Shown here piece by piece: positions 1-8,003 of a DNA stretch of 11,204 nt. The notes under the pieces were generated by a model that was given only the letters and a program-made list of their open reading frames with translations, was not told the DNA's origin and searched no databases. The DNA is from Candidatus Thorarchaeota archaeon (GTDB taxonomy: Archaea; Asgardarchaeota; Thorarchaeia; Thorarchaeales; Thorarchaeaceae). Both the position numbers and the translations under genes were made by a program. The stretch spans positions 1 through 11,204 of the forward strand of contig JBHLRP010000077.1 in assembly GCA_048882485.1 (NCBI GenBank). The letters run 5' to 3'. Position 1 is the stretch's first letter. The number at the start of each line of letters is the position of its first letter.

Positions 1-432
1 GGATTCAGGCTTGGGTATGCTATCGCGGATTCTGATATCATCAAAAGGATGGCGGCTATTCAGTATCGACAGGTGACTTGTGTACCAGAATTCATCCAGC
101 ACGCTGGAATCGCTGCACTGGATTGCGAGGACGATGTTTCACGGAATGCATCAATAATCGAATCGCGCCTGAAGACTGCTAGTAGGCTCCTTAGGCCCTT
201 CCCTCTCACCTTCACTGAGTCCGAAGGAGGTTTCTACATATTTCTCCGTATGGCTGACGAATCAATGAGCGGGTTAGAGTTTGCGGACCGATTACTCTCA
301 GAGAAAGGCGTCTGTCTTCAGCCTGGGGTAATATATGGACACGAGTTTTCCTCATACTTCAGAATATCAGTCTGCACTTCCGACGATAGTCTTGTCGAGG
401 CAATAACACGCATCGGGGAGGTCTTGGAGTGA
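1..432 (+). CDS. PLP-dependent aminotransferase class I/II (aspartate/aromatic aminotransferase-like), 5'-truncated
   Basis: Frame is open from base 1 (GFRLGYAIADSDIIKRM...), so the track start at 49 is internal. GFRLGY matches the G(W/F)R(L/I)G motif after the PLP lysine. GGFYIF, PG..YG and YFRIS (carboxylate-binding Arg) are typical of fold type I. Adjacent to tyrA. Confidence 0.88.
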   Translation, partial: GFRLGYAIADSDIIKRMAAIQYRQVTCVPEFIQHAGIAALDCEDDVSRNASIIESRLKTASRLLRPFPLTFTESEGGFYIFLRMADESMSGLEFADRLLSEKGVCLQPGVIYGHEFSSYFRISVCTSDDSLVEAITRIGEVLE

Positions 433-1313
433 GAATTGCCATCATCGGTGCAGCTGGACAGATGGGGATGTGGCTCATCAATCACTTCGTTTCCCAGGGC
501 CATATCTTGGTGGGATCAGACTCTCGCAGTGATGAGCTTCGCGAGTTGGCTGAAACACATGACCTAATCCTTGCCAGCAGCAACTCGGCAGCTGTGAAAG
601 ATGCGGACGTCGTAGTAGTTTCTGTTCCAGTTACAAAGACCTCGGAAGTGATTCAGAATATAGCACCACAGATGAAGCCAGACGCAGTACTATGCGAGAT
701 ATCATCAGTGAAAGGCAAGATTCCCATGACTCTTCAAGAAGCGTCCAAAAAGGGAATTCGGCCACTGTGCATTCATCCGATGTTTGGTCCTGGTACACGC
801 TCTCTCAAGAAGAGAATCATACTGATACCAATTGTGAATCTGGCTGTTGAGGATGGTATTGTAGAAATCCTGTTTCCCGATTCTGAGATTATAGTGGCAG
901 ACCAAGAGGAACATGATAAAATCATCGCCCTCACGATATCACTGCCATATTTCGTTAATATGATCCTCGCCTCTGTATTAGCCGACGAGGATGTCAATCT
1001 GCTGGAGCGACTCGGTGGAACGACCTTCACTATGCAGCTCATGTTAACGGCGAGCATTATGTCGCAGTCCCACACCCTCCATTCGACTATGCAGTTTGAG
1101 AACAAGCACGTGCTTAATTTGCTACAGAAACTCCAGCTTAGAATGAGGGAGAGCATTGCCAGTCTTTCAGATATCGACTTTGGCAGATTCGAACAGATAT
1201 TCTTGGAAGCTAAAAACGGGCTTGGCGAGGGAGTTGACCTGGGGCAGAAATACAATGAGATGTACACGGTACTTGAATCCTTGAGAGGAGAGAATGGGAT
1301 GGTGAAGCAGTGA
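429..1313 (+). CDS. tyrA: Prephenate/arogenate dehydrogenase (TyrA family)
   Basis: Rossmann motif IIGAAGQMG, VSVP, EISSVK, IHPMFGP (catalytic His), EEHD motif. GTG start overlaps the upstream TGA (GTGA 429-432). Confidence 0.9.
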   Translation: MRIAIIGAAGQMGMWLINHFVSQGHILVGSDSRSDELRELAETHDLILASSNSAAVKDADVVVVSVPVTKTSEVIQNIAPQMKPDAVLCEISSVKGKIPMTLQEASKKGIRPLCIHPMFGPGTRSLKKRIILIPIVNLAVEDGIVEILFPDSEIIVADQEEHDKIIALTISLPYFVNMILASVLADEDVNLLERLGGTTFTMQLMLTASIMSQSHTLHSTMQFENKHVLNLLQKLQLRMRESIASLSDIDFGRFEQIFLEAKNGLGEGVDLGQKYNEMYTVLESLRGENGMVKQ

Positions 1314-2395
1314 TGAAGGTCTCATTCGTCGTCAAGACAAACAGCAGAGAATATCCTGTGTGCGTTGGTCAGAATATTCTCCCCCAAGTCGGTGATTCTG
1401 TATCGGAAACTGCAGATCGGATCATCATTGTTACGGACGAGGGAGTTTTCGATATCTACCTCGACATGATTACTAAGGGTCTAAGCAATTCGGGGGTCAA
1501 CGCAGTCACAAAGGTCCTTCCTGCAGGAGAAAACATCAAGTCGCTGGCTATGGCAGAGAATCTATACAAGTTTCTTCTCGAAAATCAGGCCTCACGGTCT
1601 GACACTATTCTTGCTCTTGGTGGTGGAGTCATTGGTGATCTTGCCGGTTTTGTCGCATCGACATACAAGAGAGGGATGGGTCTGATACAGGCCCCAACCA
1701 CTCTACTCAGCCAGGTCGATTCGGCATTGGGAGGGAAGACTGGAGTTAACTTCCCTGTCGGAAAAAACCTGGTCGGGACCTTTTATCAGCCAAACGCCGT
1801 AGTGGCAGATGTTGCAGTCCTCACAACTCTCAGTGATGATGCTTTCATCTCAGGACTTGGGGAAGTTATCAAATATGGGGCAATCATGGACAAGGAATTG
1901 CTCAACATCCTCATGGACAATAGATATGAGATTCTTGCAAGAGATCTAAACATTCTGTCCCGGATTGTCAAACGATGTTTGAGAAACAAGGCACGTGTGG
2001 TGGAGGAAGATGAGAGGGAGGAGAAACGCAGGAGAGAGGTTCTCAATTTTGGCCATACCATAGGCCATGCCATTGAAACCTGTTCTAAGCACAAAGTACC
2101 TCATGGCTATGCAGTAGCAATTGGGATGGTTGAGGAGGCTCGTTTCGCTATGAGGGAAGGTCATCTTGATGAGCAATCCCTGGATTCACTGGTTTCTATT
2201 TTGGAGGCTTTTGGCCTCCCCACCAGAATTCCTGCAGACGTGGATATGACTGAATTTGGAGATGTTATCCTGCAAGACAAGAAGATTCGACAAGGTCTGC
2301 TTATACTCCCAATTCTAATTGAACTCGGTAGCACTGAACTAAGGACTGTGGATGCGCCACGCGCTCTAATCCCCAAAAGAGGAGGAGATAGATAA
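1313..2395 (+). CDS. aroB: 3-dehydroquinate synthase (classical AroB)
   Basis: GE.IK, LGGGVIGDLAGFVASTYKRG, PTTLLSQVDSALGGKTGVN, KNLVGTFYQP, EVIKYG, LNFGHTIGHAIE, HGYAVAIGM, DKK. Start is ATG 1313 (TGATG overlap, GGTGA at 1301-1305) or GTG 1310. Confidence 0.96.
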   Translation: MKVSFVVKTNSREYPVCVGQNILPQVGDSVSETADRIIIVTDEGVFDIYLDMITKGLSNSGVNAVTKVLPAGENIKSLAMAENLYKFLLENQASRSDTILALGGGVIGDLAGFVASTYKRGMGLIQAPTTLLSQVDSALGGKTGVNFPVGKNLVGTFYQPNAVVADVAVLTTLSDDAFISGLGEVIKYGAIMDKELLNILMDNRYEILARDLNILSRIVKRCLRNKARVVEEDEREEKRRREVLNFGHTIGHAIETCSKHKVPHGYAVAIGMVEEARFAMREGHLDEQSLDSLVSILEAFGLPTRIPADVDMTEFGDVILQDKKIRQGLLILPILIELGSTELRTVDAPRALIPKRGGDR

Positions 2396-3471
2396 TGTTA
2401 GTAGTAATGTACAAAGAAGCGACAGAAAAGCAAATACAGAAGGTTATCGACGTAATTGAAGAACTCGGATACACGGCAATCCCCAATCCTGGGGTAAGTC
2501 GAACCGTGATTAACATCACAGGAGAAGTGGACTTACTCGACTCAAGTAGGCTAGAGGGGCTTCCAGGAGTCATGAATCTCATTCTTGTAACCAAGCCGTA
2601 TAAGCTGGCAGACATTGAGTCAAAACTGGAGGGGACGGTAATTGAGGTAGGCGATGTAGAGATTGGTGGGGGTCGCCCCATTGTTATCGCAGGCCCCTGC
2701 AGTGTCGAATCGAGGGAGCAGATTCTCAAGGCTGCTGTTGCAGTGAGAGAAGGTGGTGGAGATATGCTCCGGGGCGGTGCATTCAAACCTCGGACTTCCC
2801 CCTACTCCTTCCAGGGTCTTGGTGTGGAGGGTCTCAGACTTCTCGATGAGGCTCGCAAGGAGACAGGTCTCCCAGTAGTTTCCGAGGCTGTCGATGTTGA
2901 GAGTTTCCCCGCTGTGGAAGCCATGGTCGATGTCATCCAGATAGGCGCCAGGAATATGCAAAATTATTCCCTTCTAAAGCGCGCAGGACGAGCTAGAAAG
3001 CCTGTGTTGTTGAAGAGGGGGTTGTCTGCAACACTCTCTGAGTTGCTTGCTGCCGCTGAGTATATCATGGCAGAAGGGAATCATGACATAATTTTGTGTG
3101 AACGGGGTATCAGGACCTATAGCGATCACACACGCTTCACGCTTGACCTGAGTAGCATACCCGAACTACGAAGGCTCACGCATCTCCCACTGATTGTTGA
3201 CCCAAGCCATGCTGCAGGGAAAAGGGACATGGTTATTCCTCTGGCACGCGCTGGTCTTGCAGTTGGCTCGGATGGCATCATAATTGAGGTTCATCCGAAG
3301 CCCGAGGAAGCACTTGTGGATGGCCCACAGTCACTCACGCTTGATATGTTCCGTGAGTTCATGGAGAATCTTCCCAAGAATGGACTCTTGACACACAGCA
3401 CGAGACAGGTGAATAAGGGGGTCAATGACACCCCAGTAGCATCTTGGACACCAAGCGAATCCAATGAGTAG
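2395..3471 (+). CDS. aroF: DAHP synthase type I-beta with N-terminal ACT/ferredoxin-like regulatory domain
   Basis: IAGPCSVES, RGGAFKPRTSPYSFQG (KPR(T/S) is DAHPS-specific versus KANRS in KDO8PS), IGARNMQN, LLKRG, LCERGIR, DPSH. About 70-aa N-terminal domain as in Thermotoga maritima AroF. AGGAGG at 2380-2385 and TAATG overlap. Confidence 0.95.
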   Translation: MLVVMYKEATEKQIQKVIDVIEELGYTAIPNPGVSRTVINITGEVDLLDSSRLEGLPGVMNLILVTKPYKLADIESKLEGTVIEVGDVEIGGGRPIVIAGPCSVESREQILKAAVAVREGGGDMLRGGAFKPRTSPYSFQGLGVEGLRLLDEARKETGLPVVSEAVDVESFPAVEAMVDVIQIGARNMQNYSLLKRAGRARKPVLLKRGLSATLSELLAAAEYIMAEGNHDIILCERGIRTYSDHTRFTLDLSSIPELRRLTHLPLIVDPSHAAGKRDMVIPLARAGLAVGSDGIIIEVHPKPEEALVDGPQSLTLDMFREFMENLPKNGLLTHSTRQVNKGVNDTPVASWTPSESNE

Positions 3472-3490
3472 GATGGAGTTGGGCGGTTGA

Positions 3491-4168
3491 ATGAAGAAGA
3501 TGCTATGCGTTTCGGTGACGGGGCGCTCCATTGAAGAATGCTCCAAGACCATAGCCTCGACTGATGCTGACTTAATAGAGCATAGAATGGACTTCATGAA
3601 TCGAATCCAGGGGCTAACTGCCATCTATGATGCAGCCAAGGTTCCAATTATCGCCACATGCAGAGCTCCACACGACGGAGGCCATTACAGCGGCAATGAA
3701 GAGAGCAGAATTGGATGTCTCATTGAAGCAATCTCGGCAGGAGCATCTTATGTTGACATTGAACTAGAAACGGATACAACTCTGATGAGCATGATTCGTG
3801 AGAACGCTGATGAAGCCAACTCCAAACTGATTGTGTCAAAGCACTATGTTGATTCGACCCCTAGTGTTTCAGAATTACAAAGTGTACTCGACAGACTCGT
3901 TATTGCAGGGGCAGACATCATGAAGCTAGTCACTACTGCAAACACCATGGATGATTGCGGAAGAATATTGCACCTCTATCACACAAACTGTAAACCAGCG
4001 CGCCCAATGATAGCTTTCGCGATGGGAAACCTTGGCAGGTTCACCAGACTTACTGCGCTATATCTGGGCGCTCCTTTCATGTATGTGTCTCAGGATCTTG
4101 GTGAGAAAGCTGCTCCGAGCCAAATCACTTTGTCTCAGATGAGAGCCCTCTTGGAGGTGCTAGAGTGA
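3491..4168 (+). CDS. aroD: Type I 3-dehydroquinate dehydratase
   Basis: E.R.D (EHRMD), IATCR...GG, YVDIE, S.H, DIMK (Schiff-base Lys), AMGNLG..TR, APSQ (canonical APGQ). Confidence 0.93.
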   Translation: MKKMLCVSVTGRSIEECSKTIASTDADLIEHRMDFMNRIQGLTAIYDAAKVPIIATCRAPHDGGHYSGNEESRIGCLIEAISAGASYVDIELETDTTLMSMIRENADEANSKLIVSKHYVDSTPSVSELQSVLDRLVIAGADIMKLVTTANTMDDCGRILHLYHTNCKPARPMIAFAMGNLGRFTRLTALYLGAPFMYVSQDLGEKAAPSQITLSQMRALLEVLE

Positions 4169-5013
4169 AACGAGTCGTCATTGTTGGATATCCTTTGGGT
4201 CACTCGTTGAGCCCAGTCATGCATAATGCAGCGCTGACTGAACTTGGTCTAGATGATGAGTTCAAGTATGAGGCTATGCCCCTATCCAGCAATGAACTTC
4301 GTGGATTCGTGGAGTCCATTCGAAGGCGTGAGATTGAGGGTGCCAACATCACAATTCCTCACAAGACAAAGGTGATGACGTATCTATCAACCATATCTTC
4401 GGAGGGATTAGCTGTGGGCGCAGTGAATACACTTCACCGAAAAGATGGCTTAGTGATTGGGAGTAACACAGACATCCAGGGATTTACTGAAGCCATTAGA
4501 GAAAATGGGCTAGATCCTCAAGGCATCAATGCTGTTATTTTGGGTGCAGGAGGTGCGGCTAGGTCAGTGGCATATGGTTTGACTGAAGCTGGAGTAGCAA
4601 GATTGGGGATCTTCAATCGCACGGTTGATGCGGCGAATCGGTTGGCATCAGTGATGCCTCGTGGGAGGCTATTGGAGGTTCGTTCAGGAGCTAAGCCGAC
4701 AAAGGATGACCTTGAGCACTCCGATTTGCTTGTCAATTGCACTCCAGTCGGAATGGCTGGTTATTCACCTGAGGAATCACCTATAGAGTCATCTTTGCTA
4801 TCTAGCAGCGTAGTCGTGATGGATCTAGTATACAATCCTCTTCGCACGAAGCTACTAATGGAAGCTGATGAGGCGGGATGCAAAACAATTGACGGAGTTG
4901 GAATGCTTGTTCATCAGGGGGCCATAGCATTTCAGCTATGGACCGGGAAGAAAGCACCTGTTGAGGTCATGAAGGACACAGTGCTACGTGCATTAGTGGG
5001 GAACGATCGATGA
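4165..5013 (+). CDS. aroE: Shikimate dehydrogenase
   Basis: GYPLGHSLSPVMHN, GANITIPHK, GAVNT, NTD, GAGGAAR, NRT (NADP-type), NCTPVGM, DLVYNP, MLVHQG. GTGA overlap with aroD. Confidence 0.96.
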   Translation: MKRVVIVGYPLGHSLSPVMHNAALTELGLDDEFKYEAMPLSSNELRGFVESIRRREIEGANITIPHKTKVMTYLSTISSEGLAVGAVNTLHRKDGLVIGSNTDIQGFTEAIRENGLDPQGINAVILGAGGAARSVAYGLTEAGVARLGIFNRTVDAANRLASVMPRGRLLEVRSGAKPTKDDLEHSDLLVNCTPVGMAGYSPEESPIESSLLSSSVVVMDLVYNPLRTKLLMEADEAGCKTIDGVGMLVHQGAIAFQLWTGKKAPVEVMKDTVLRALVGNDR

Positions 5014-5534
5014 AGAAAGCCCAGAGAAGCATCAGTCTGATCGGTTTCATGGGTACTGGTAAGACAACTATAGGAAGAGCCCTAGCCAGTTCGCTAAAGC
5101 GAGATTTCATTGATACTGACCCACTCATTGAGAGCCGTGTGGGCAAGTCCATCTTTCGTGTCTTCTCCGAAGATGGAGAGGCCTTCTTTCGTGACATTGA
5201 AGCCCAGATCGTAAAAGAAGTGTATGGAATCAGATCTTCCGTTGTGGCACTGGGAGGTGGTGCAATTCTCAACCCGGAAATCGCCACTTTGGTTAGGGAA
5301 AACTCAGCAGTTGTGCTTCTTAGATCATCTGTTGAAACCATTATCTCAAGGACATCTTCCAATAGGCTACGCCCACTCCTCAATGTGACAGCTGAAGACC
5401 TCAAACAGAGAGTCACTACGCTTCTTACAGAAAGAGAGGCTGCATATTCTGATGCAATGGATATCGAGATTCATACTGACTCAATGAATGTTGGTGAGGC
5501 TGTATCTGAGATAGTCCGGAGGTTGGAACTCTGA
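5010..5534 (+). CDS. aroK: Shikimate kinase, bacterial AroK/AroL (NMP-kinase fold) type
   Basis: Walker A GFMGTGKTT, DTD, GE..FR..E, GGG, RPLL; 174 aa. ATGA overlap with aroE. Confidence 0.95.
   Translation: MKKAQRSISLIGFMGTGKTTIGRALASSLKRDFIDTDPLIESRVGKSIFRVFSEDGEAFFRDIEAQIVKEVYGIRSSVVALGGGAILNPEIATLVRENSAVVLLRSSVETIISRTSSNRLRPLLNVTAEDLKQRVTTLLTEREAAYSDAMDIEIHTDSMNVGEAVSEIVRRLEL
5518..5523 (+). promoter_or_regulatory. Shine-Dalgarno site (GGAGGT) for aroA
   Basis: GGAGGT lies 7 nt upstream of the in-frame CTG at 5531. There is no comparable site ahead of GTG 5570. Confidence 0.7.
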
Positions 5535-6820
5535 GGGTCATAGTATATAGATCCACCATCGATGGTACTGTGGATGCACCACCCTCCAAGAGTTACACGC
5601 ATAGAGCTATAATCTGCGGCCTGCTCTCTAAAGGGACAACGAAACTTAGGAATGCGCTATTCAGCGATGATACTAGGACCACACTGAGAATATCCGAGAT
5701 GATGGGCGCCGAGGTTCGTCAAGAAGATGATATTGAAATTACGGGTCCAGATGAGCTAAAGGCACCTGCCTTTGAGATGAACTGTCATGGTTCTGGCACG
5801 ACACTTAGAATATTTACAGCATTATCTGCACTCACATCAGGAAAATGTGTGCTTACAGGGAATGAATCATTACGGAGAAGACCCATCGGAGACCTCCTTG
5901 ACGGTCTGCGTCAACTGGATGTAGATGCCAGATCCCTAGGCGGCAATGGTTTACCTCCCGTGGAGATACGCGGGCAGGGTATCAGAGGGGGCATAGTCAG
6001 AATCCGTGGTGATGTGAGTTCTCAGTATGTAACAGGCCTTCTTTTTGCATGCTCAAAAGCCAATAAGGCCTCAAAGATTGAGCTCACGACGGAGTTAGAG
6101 TCTCGACCATATGTTGAGATGACACTAAATGTCATGAGCCAATTCGGGGCTGAAGCAGAGCCTTCCAATGATTGGAGAAAATTCAGTATACCAGGAAACC
6201 AAGATTTTCAGTCACAAGATTACACAATTGAGGGGGACTTCTCGTCAGCTGCATTTCTAATGGCAGCAGGTGCTCTCACGGGAAGTGTGAAGGTGAAAGG
6301 ACTCCGAATGGACTCAATACAAGGCGATGCCGCTGCGGTCAGTCTTCTGAAATCAATGGGCTTAGAAATCATTTCTGGCAGGGATAATTTCAAAGTCAGC
6401 CACAACGAGATGCAAGCCATTGAGATTGATGCATCAGACATCCCTGACCTAGTGCCAGTGATGACCGTATTGGCTACTCAGGCTAATGGCATCACGAAGA
6501 TATACAATGCAGGACGGCTAAGGCTCAAAGAGAGTGATAGGCTTTCAACAGCATCTCAGGAACTGCGGAAAATGGGTGCAGAAATCACAGAATCGAGAGA
6601 TGGTCTGACTATTAGGGGTCCTACCGCTCTTAGTGGCGCAGTTCTTAACTCCCATAAAGACCATCGCATAGCCATGGCAGGCGTGATAGCAGGACTTGTT
6701 GCAGAGGGTGAAACCGTGATTGAGGACATCAGGTGTGTCACAAAGAGCTATCCTGGTTTCGTAAAGGACATGCAATCTATTGGTGCTGAAATAGAATTAG
6801 TTTCAGGAGGAATTACATGA
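5531..6820 (+). CDS. aroA: EPSP synthase (3-phosphoshikimate 1-carboxyvinyltransferase)
   Basis: PPSKS, SGTTLR, L..RP, VSSQY, SRPYVEMT, EGDFSSA, PDL, RLKESDR, DHRIAM, KSYP. Start moved from GTG 5570 to CTG 5531 (see findings); the identity is firm and the start is inferred. Confidence 0.95.
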   Translation: MRVIVYRSTIDGTVDAPPSKSYTHRAIICGLLSKGTTKLRNALFSDDTRTTLRISEMMGAEVRQEDDIEITGPDELKAPAFEMNCHGSGTTLRIFTALSALTSGKCVLTGNESLRRRPIGDLLDGLRQLDVDARSLGGNGLPPVEIRGQGIRGGIVRIRGDVSSQYVTGLLFACSKANKASKIELTTELESRPYVEMTLNVMSQFGAEAEPSNDWRKFSIPGNQDFQSQDYTIEGDFSSAAFLMAAGALTGSVKVKGLRMDSIQGDAAAVSLLKSMGLEIISGRDNFKVSHNEMQAIEIDASDIPDLVPVMTVLATQANGITKIYNAGRLRLKESDRLSTASQELRKMGAEITESRDGLTIRGPTALSGAVLNSHKDHRIAMAGVIAGLVAEGETVIEDIRCVTKSYPGFVKDMQSIGAEIELVSGGIT

Positions 6821-7899
6821 CGTTCATATTTGGAAAGGACTTCAAGATACAAGTATTTGGAGAGAGTCATGGGGAAGGAATTGGAGCGGTTATTGAGGGT
6901 TGCCCACCAGGACTCGAAATTGACCAGTCTAGGATTCAGCTCGAGCTGAACAGACGCCGCCCAGGAACAGGATCTTTGGTTTCTCCACGGTCTGAACCTG
7001 ATACCTTCGAGATCAGAAGTGGCGTCTTTAAAGGAAAGACTACAGGTGCGCCCATATTGATGACAATTTCCAACAAAGATGTCGACTCATCATCATATGA
7101 GGAGATCAAAGACACGCCTCGTCCAGGCCATGCAGACTACACTGCTCGAGTTAAGTATAGGGGCTTCAACGACTATCGCGGTGGAGGAATCTTCTCTGGA
7201 CGACTCACTGCCGCCATGGTGATGGCTGGGAGTATTGCTCAGCAAATCCTGAACCAAAAAGGCATCGAGGTCCTTGCTCATGTGATACAGATTGGACCTG
7301 AACGTGTTGGGCAAGAAGTTTCCGATGACGAGCTGCGGTCAAATGTCTATTCCAATCCTGTTCGATGTGCTAATAGAGAATCAGCAGAAAGGATGGAAGC
7401 TGTGATAAAGGATGTGAAGTCTGAAGGTGACTCCATTGGTGGTGTCATCGAATGCCGAATCATTGGAGTTCCTGCAGGAGTCGGGGAACCAATCTTTGAC
7501 TCTGTAGAGAGTGTTCTTAGTCACGCCATGTTCAGCATTCCAGGAGTAAAGGGGGTCGAGTTTGGTTCTGGCTTCAAGGGGGTTTCGATGCGCGGCTCTG
7601 AAAACAATGATACACTCCTCATAGTTGATGAGAAGGTGGGATGGAGCAAGAATGATGCTGGTGGAATTCTTGGAGGAATCACTAATGGCGCTCCGGTGTT
7701 ATTTAGAGTCGGTTTCAAACCAACATCAACGATCGCAAAGGACCAACGTACAATAGACCTCGCCAAAATGGAAGAGGTCCAGCTTCAAGCAAGAGGCCGA
7801 CATGACCCTTGCATTGTACCCCGAGCAGTACCTGTTGCTGTTGGACTTGCGGCAATCGCAATGGTTGACCTGCTTAAAAGAAACTCAGCAACAATCTAG
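6817..7899 (+). CDS. aroC: Chorismate synthase
   Basis: FGESHG, RRRPG, R.E.D, TTGAP, PRPGHAD, RGGG..SGR.T, GGILGGIT, FKPTSTI, GRHDPC. AGGAGG at 6805-6810 and ATGA overlap. Confidence 0.97.
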   Translation: MTFIFGKDFKIQVFGESHGEGIGAVIEGCPPGLEIDQSRIQLELNRRRPGTGSLVSPRSEPDTFEIRSGVFKGKTTGAPILMTISNKDVDSSSYEEIKDTPRPGHADYTARVKYRGFNDYRGGGIFSGRLTAAMVMAGSIAQQILNQKGIEVLAHVIQIGPERVGQEVSDDELRSNVYSNPVRCANRESAERMEAVIKDVKSEGDSIGGVIECRIIGVPAGVGEPIFDSVESVLSHAMFSIPGVKGVEFGSGFKGVSMRGSENNDTLLIVDEKVGWSKNDAGGILGGITNGAPVLFRVGFKPTSTIAKDQRTIDLAKMEEVQLQARGRHDPCIVPRAVPVAVGLAAIAMVDLLKRNSATI

Positions 7900-7914
7900 T
7901 TGATGTACACAAGT

Positions 7915-7934
7915 GAGTACGCCTGAGCATACTC
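7915..7934. repeat. Imperfect palindrome GAGTACGC-ctga-GCATACTC
   Basis: 8-bp arms with 7/8 complementarity and a 4-nt spacer, 15 nt after the aroC stop and just upstream of the TATA-like box. Function unknown. Confidence 0.5.
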
Positions 7935-7943
7935 GGAAACATC

Positions 7944-7962
7944 GGGAAATCGCTATATATTA
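7944..7962 (+). promoter_or_regulatory. Putative archaeal promoter (BRE-like GGGAAA plus TATA-like TATATATTA)
   Basis: Purine-rich GGGAAA at 7944-7949 followed by TATATATTA at 7954-7962, the clearest TATA-like run in the intergenic region. Standard spacing would put the start site near 7984. Confidence 0.5.
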
Positions 7963-8003
7963 CATTTTACGCCACTTGAATTGCCAAACGAAGTCATGTA
8001 GTA

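Noticed and set aside
7900-7926. Possible box C/D sRNA (TTGATGT ... CTGA)
   Set aside because: Box C is degenerate and there is no convincing C'/D pair at the expected spacing.
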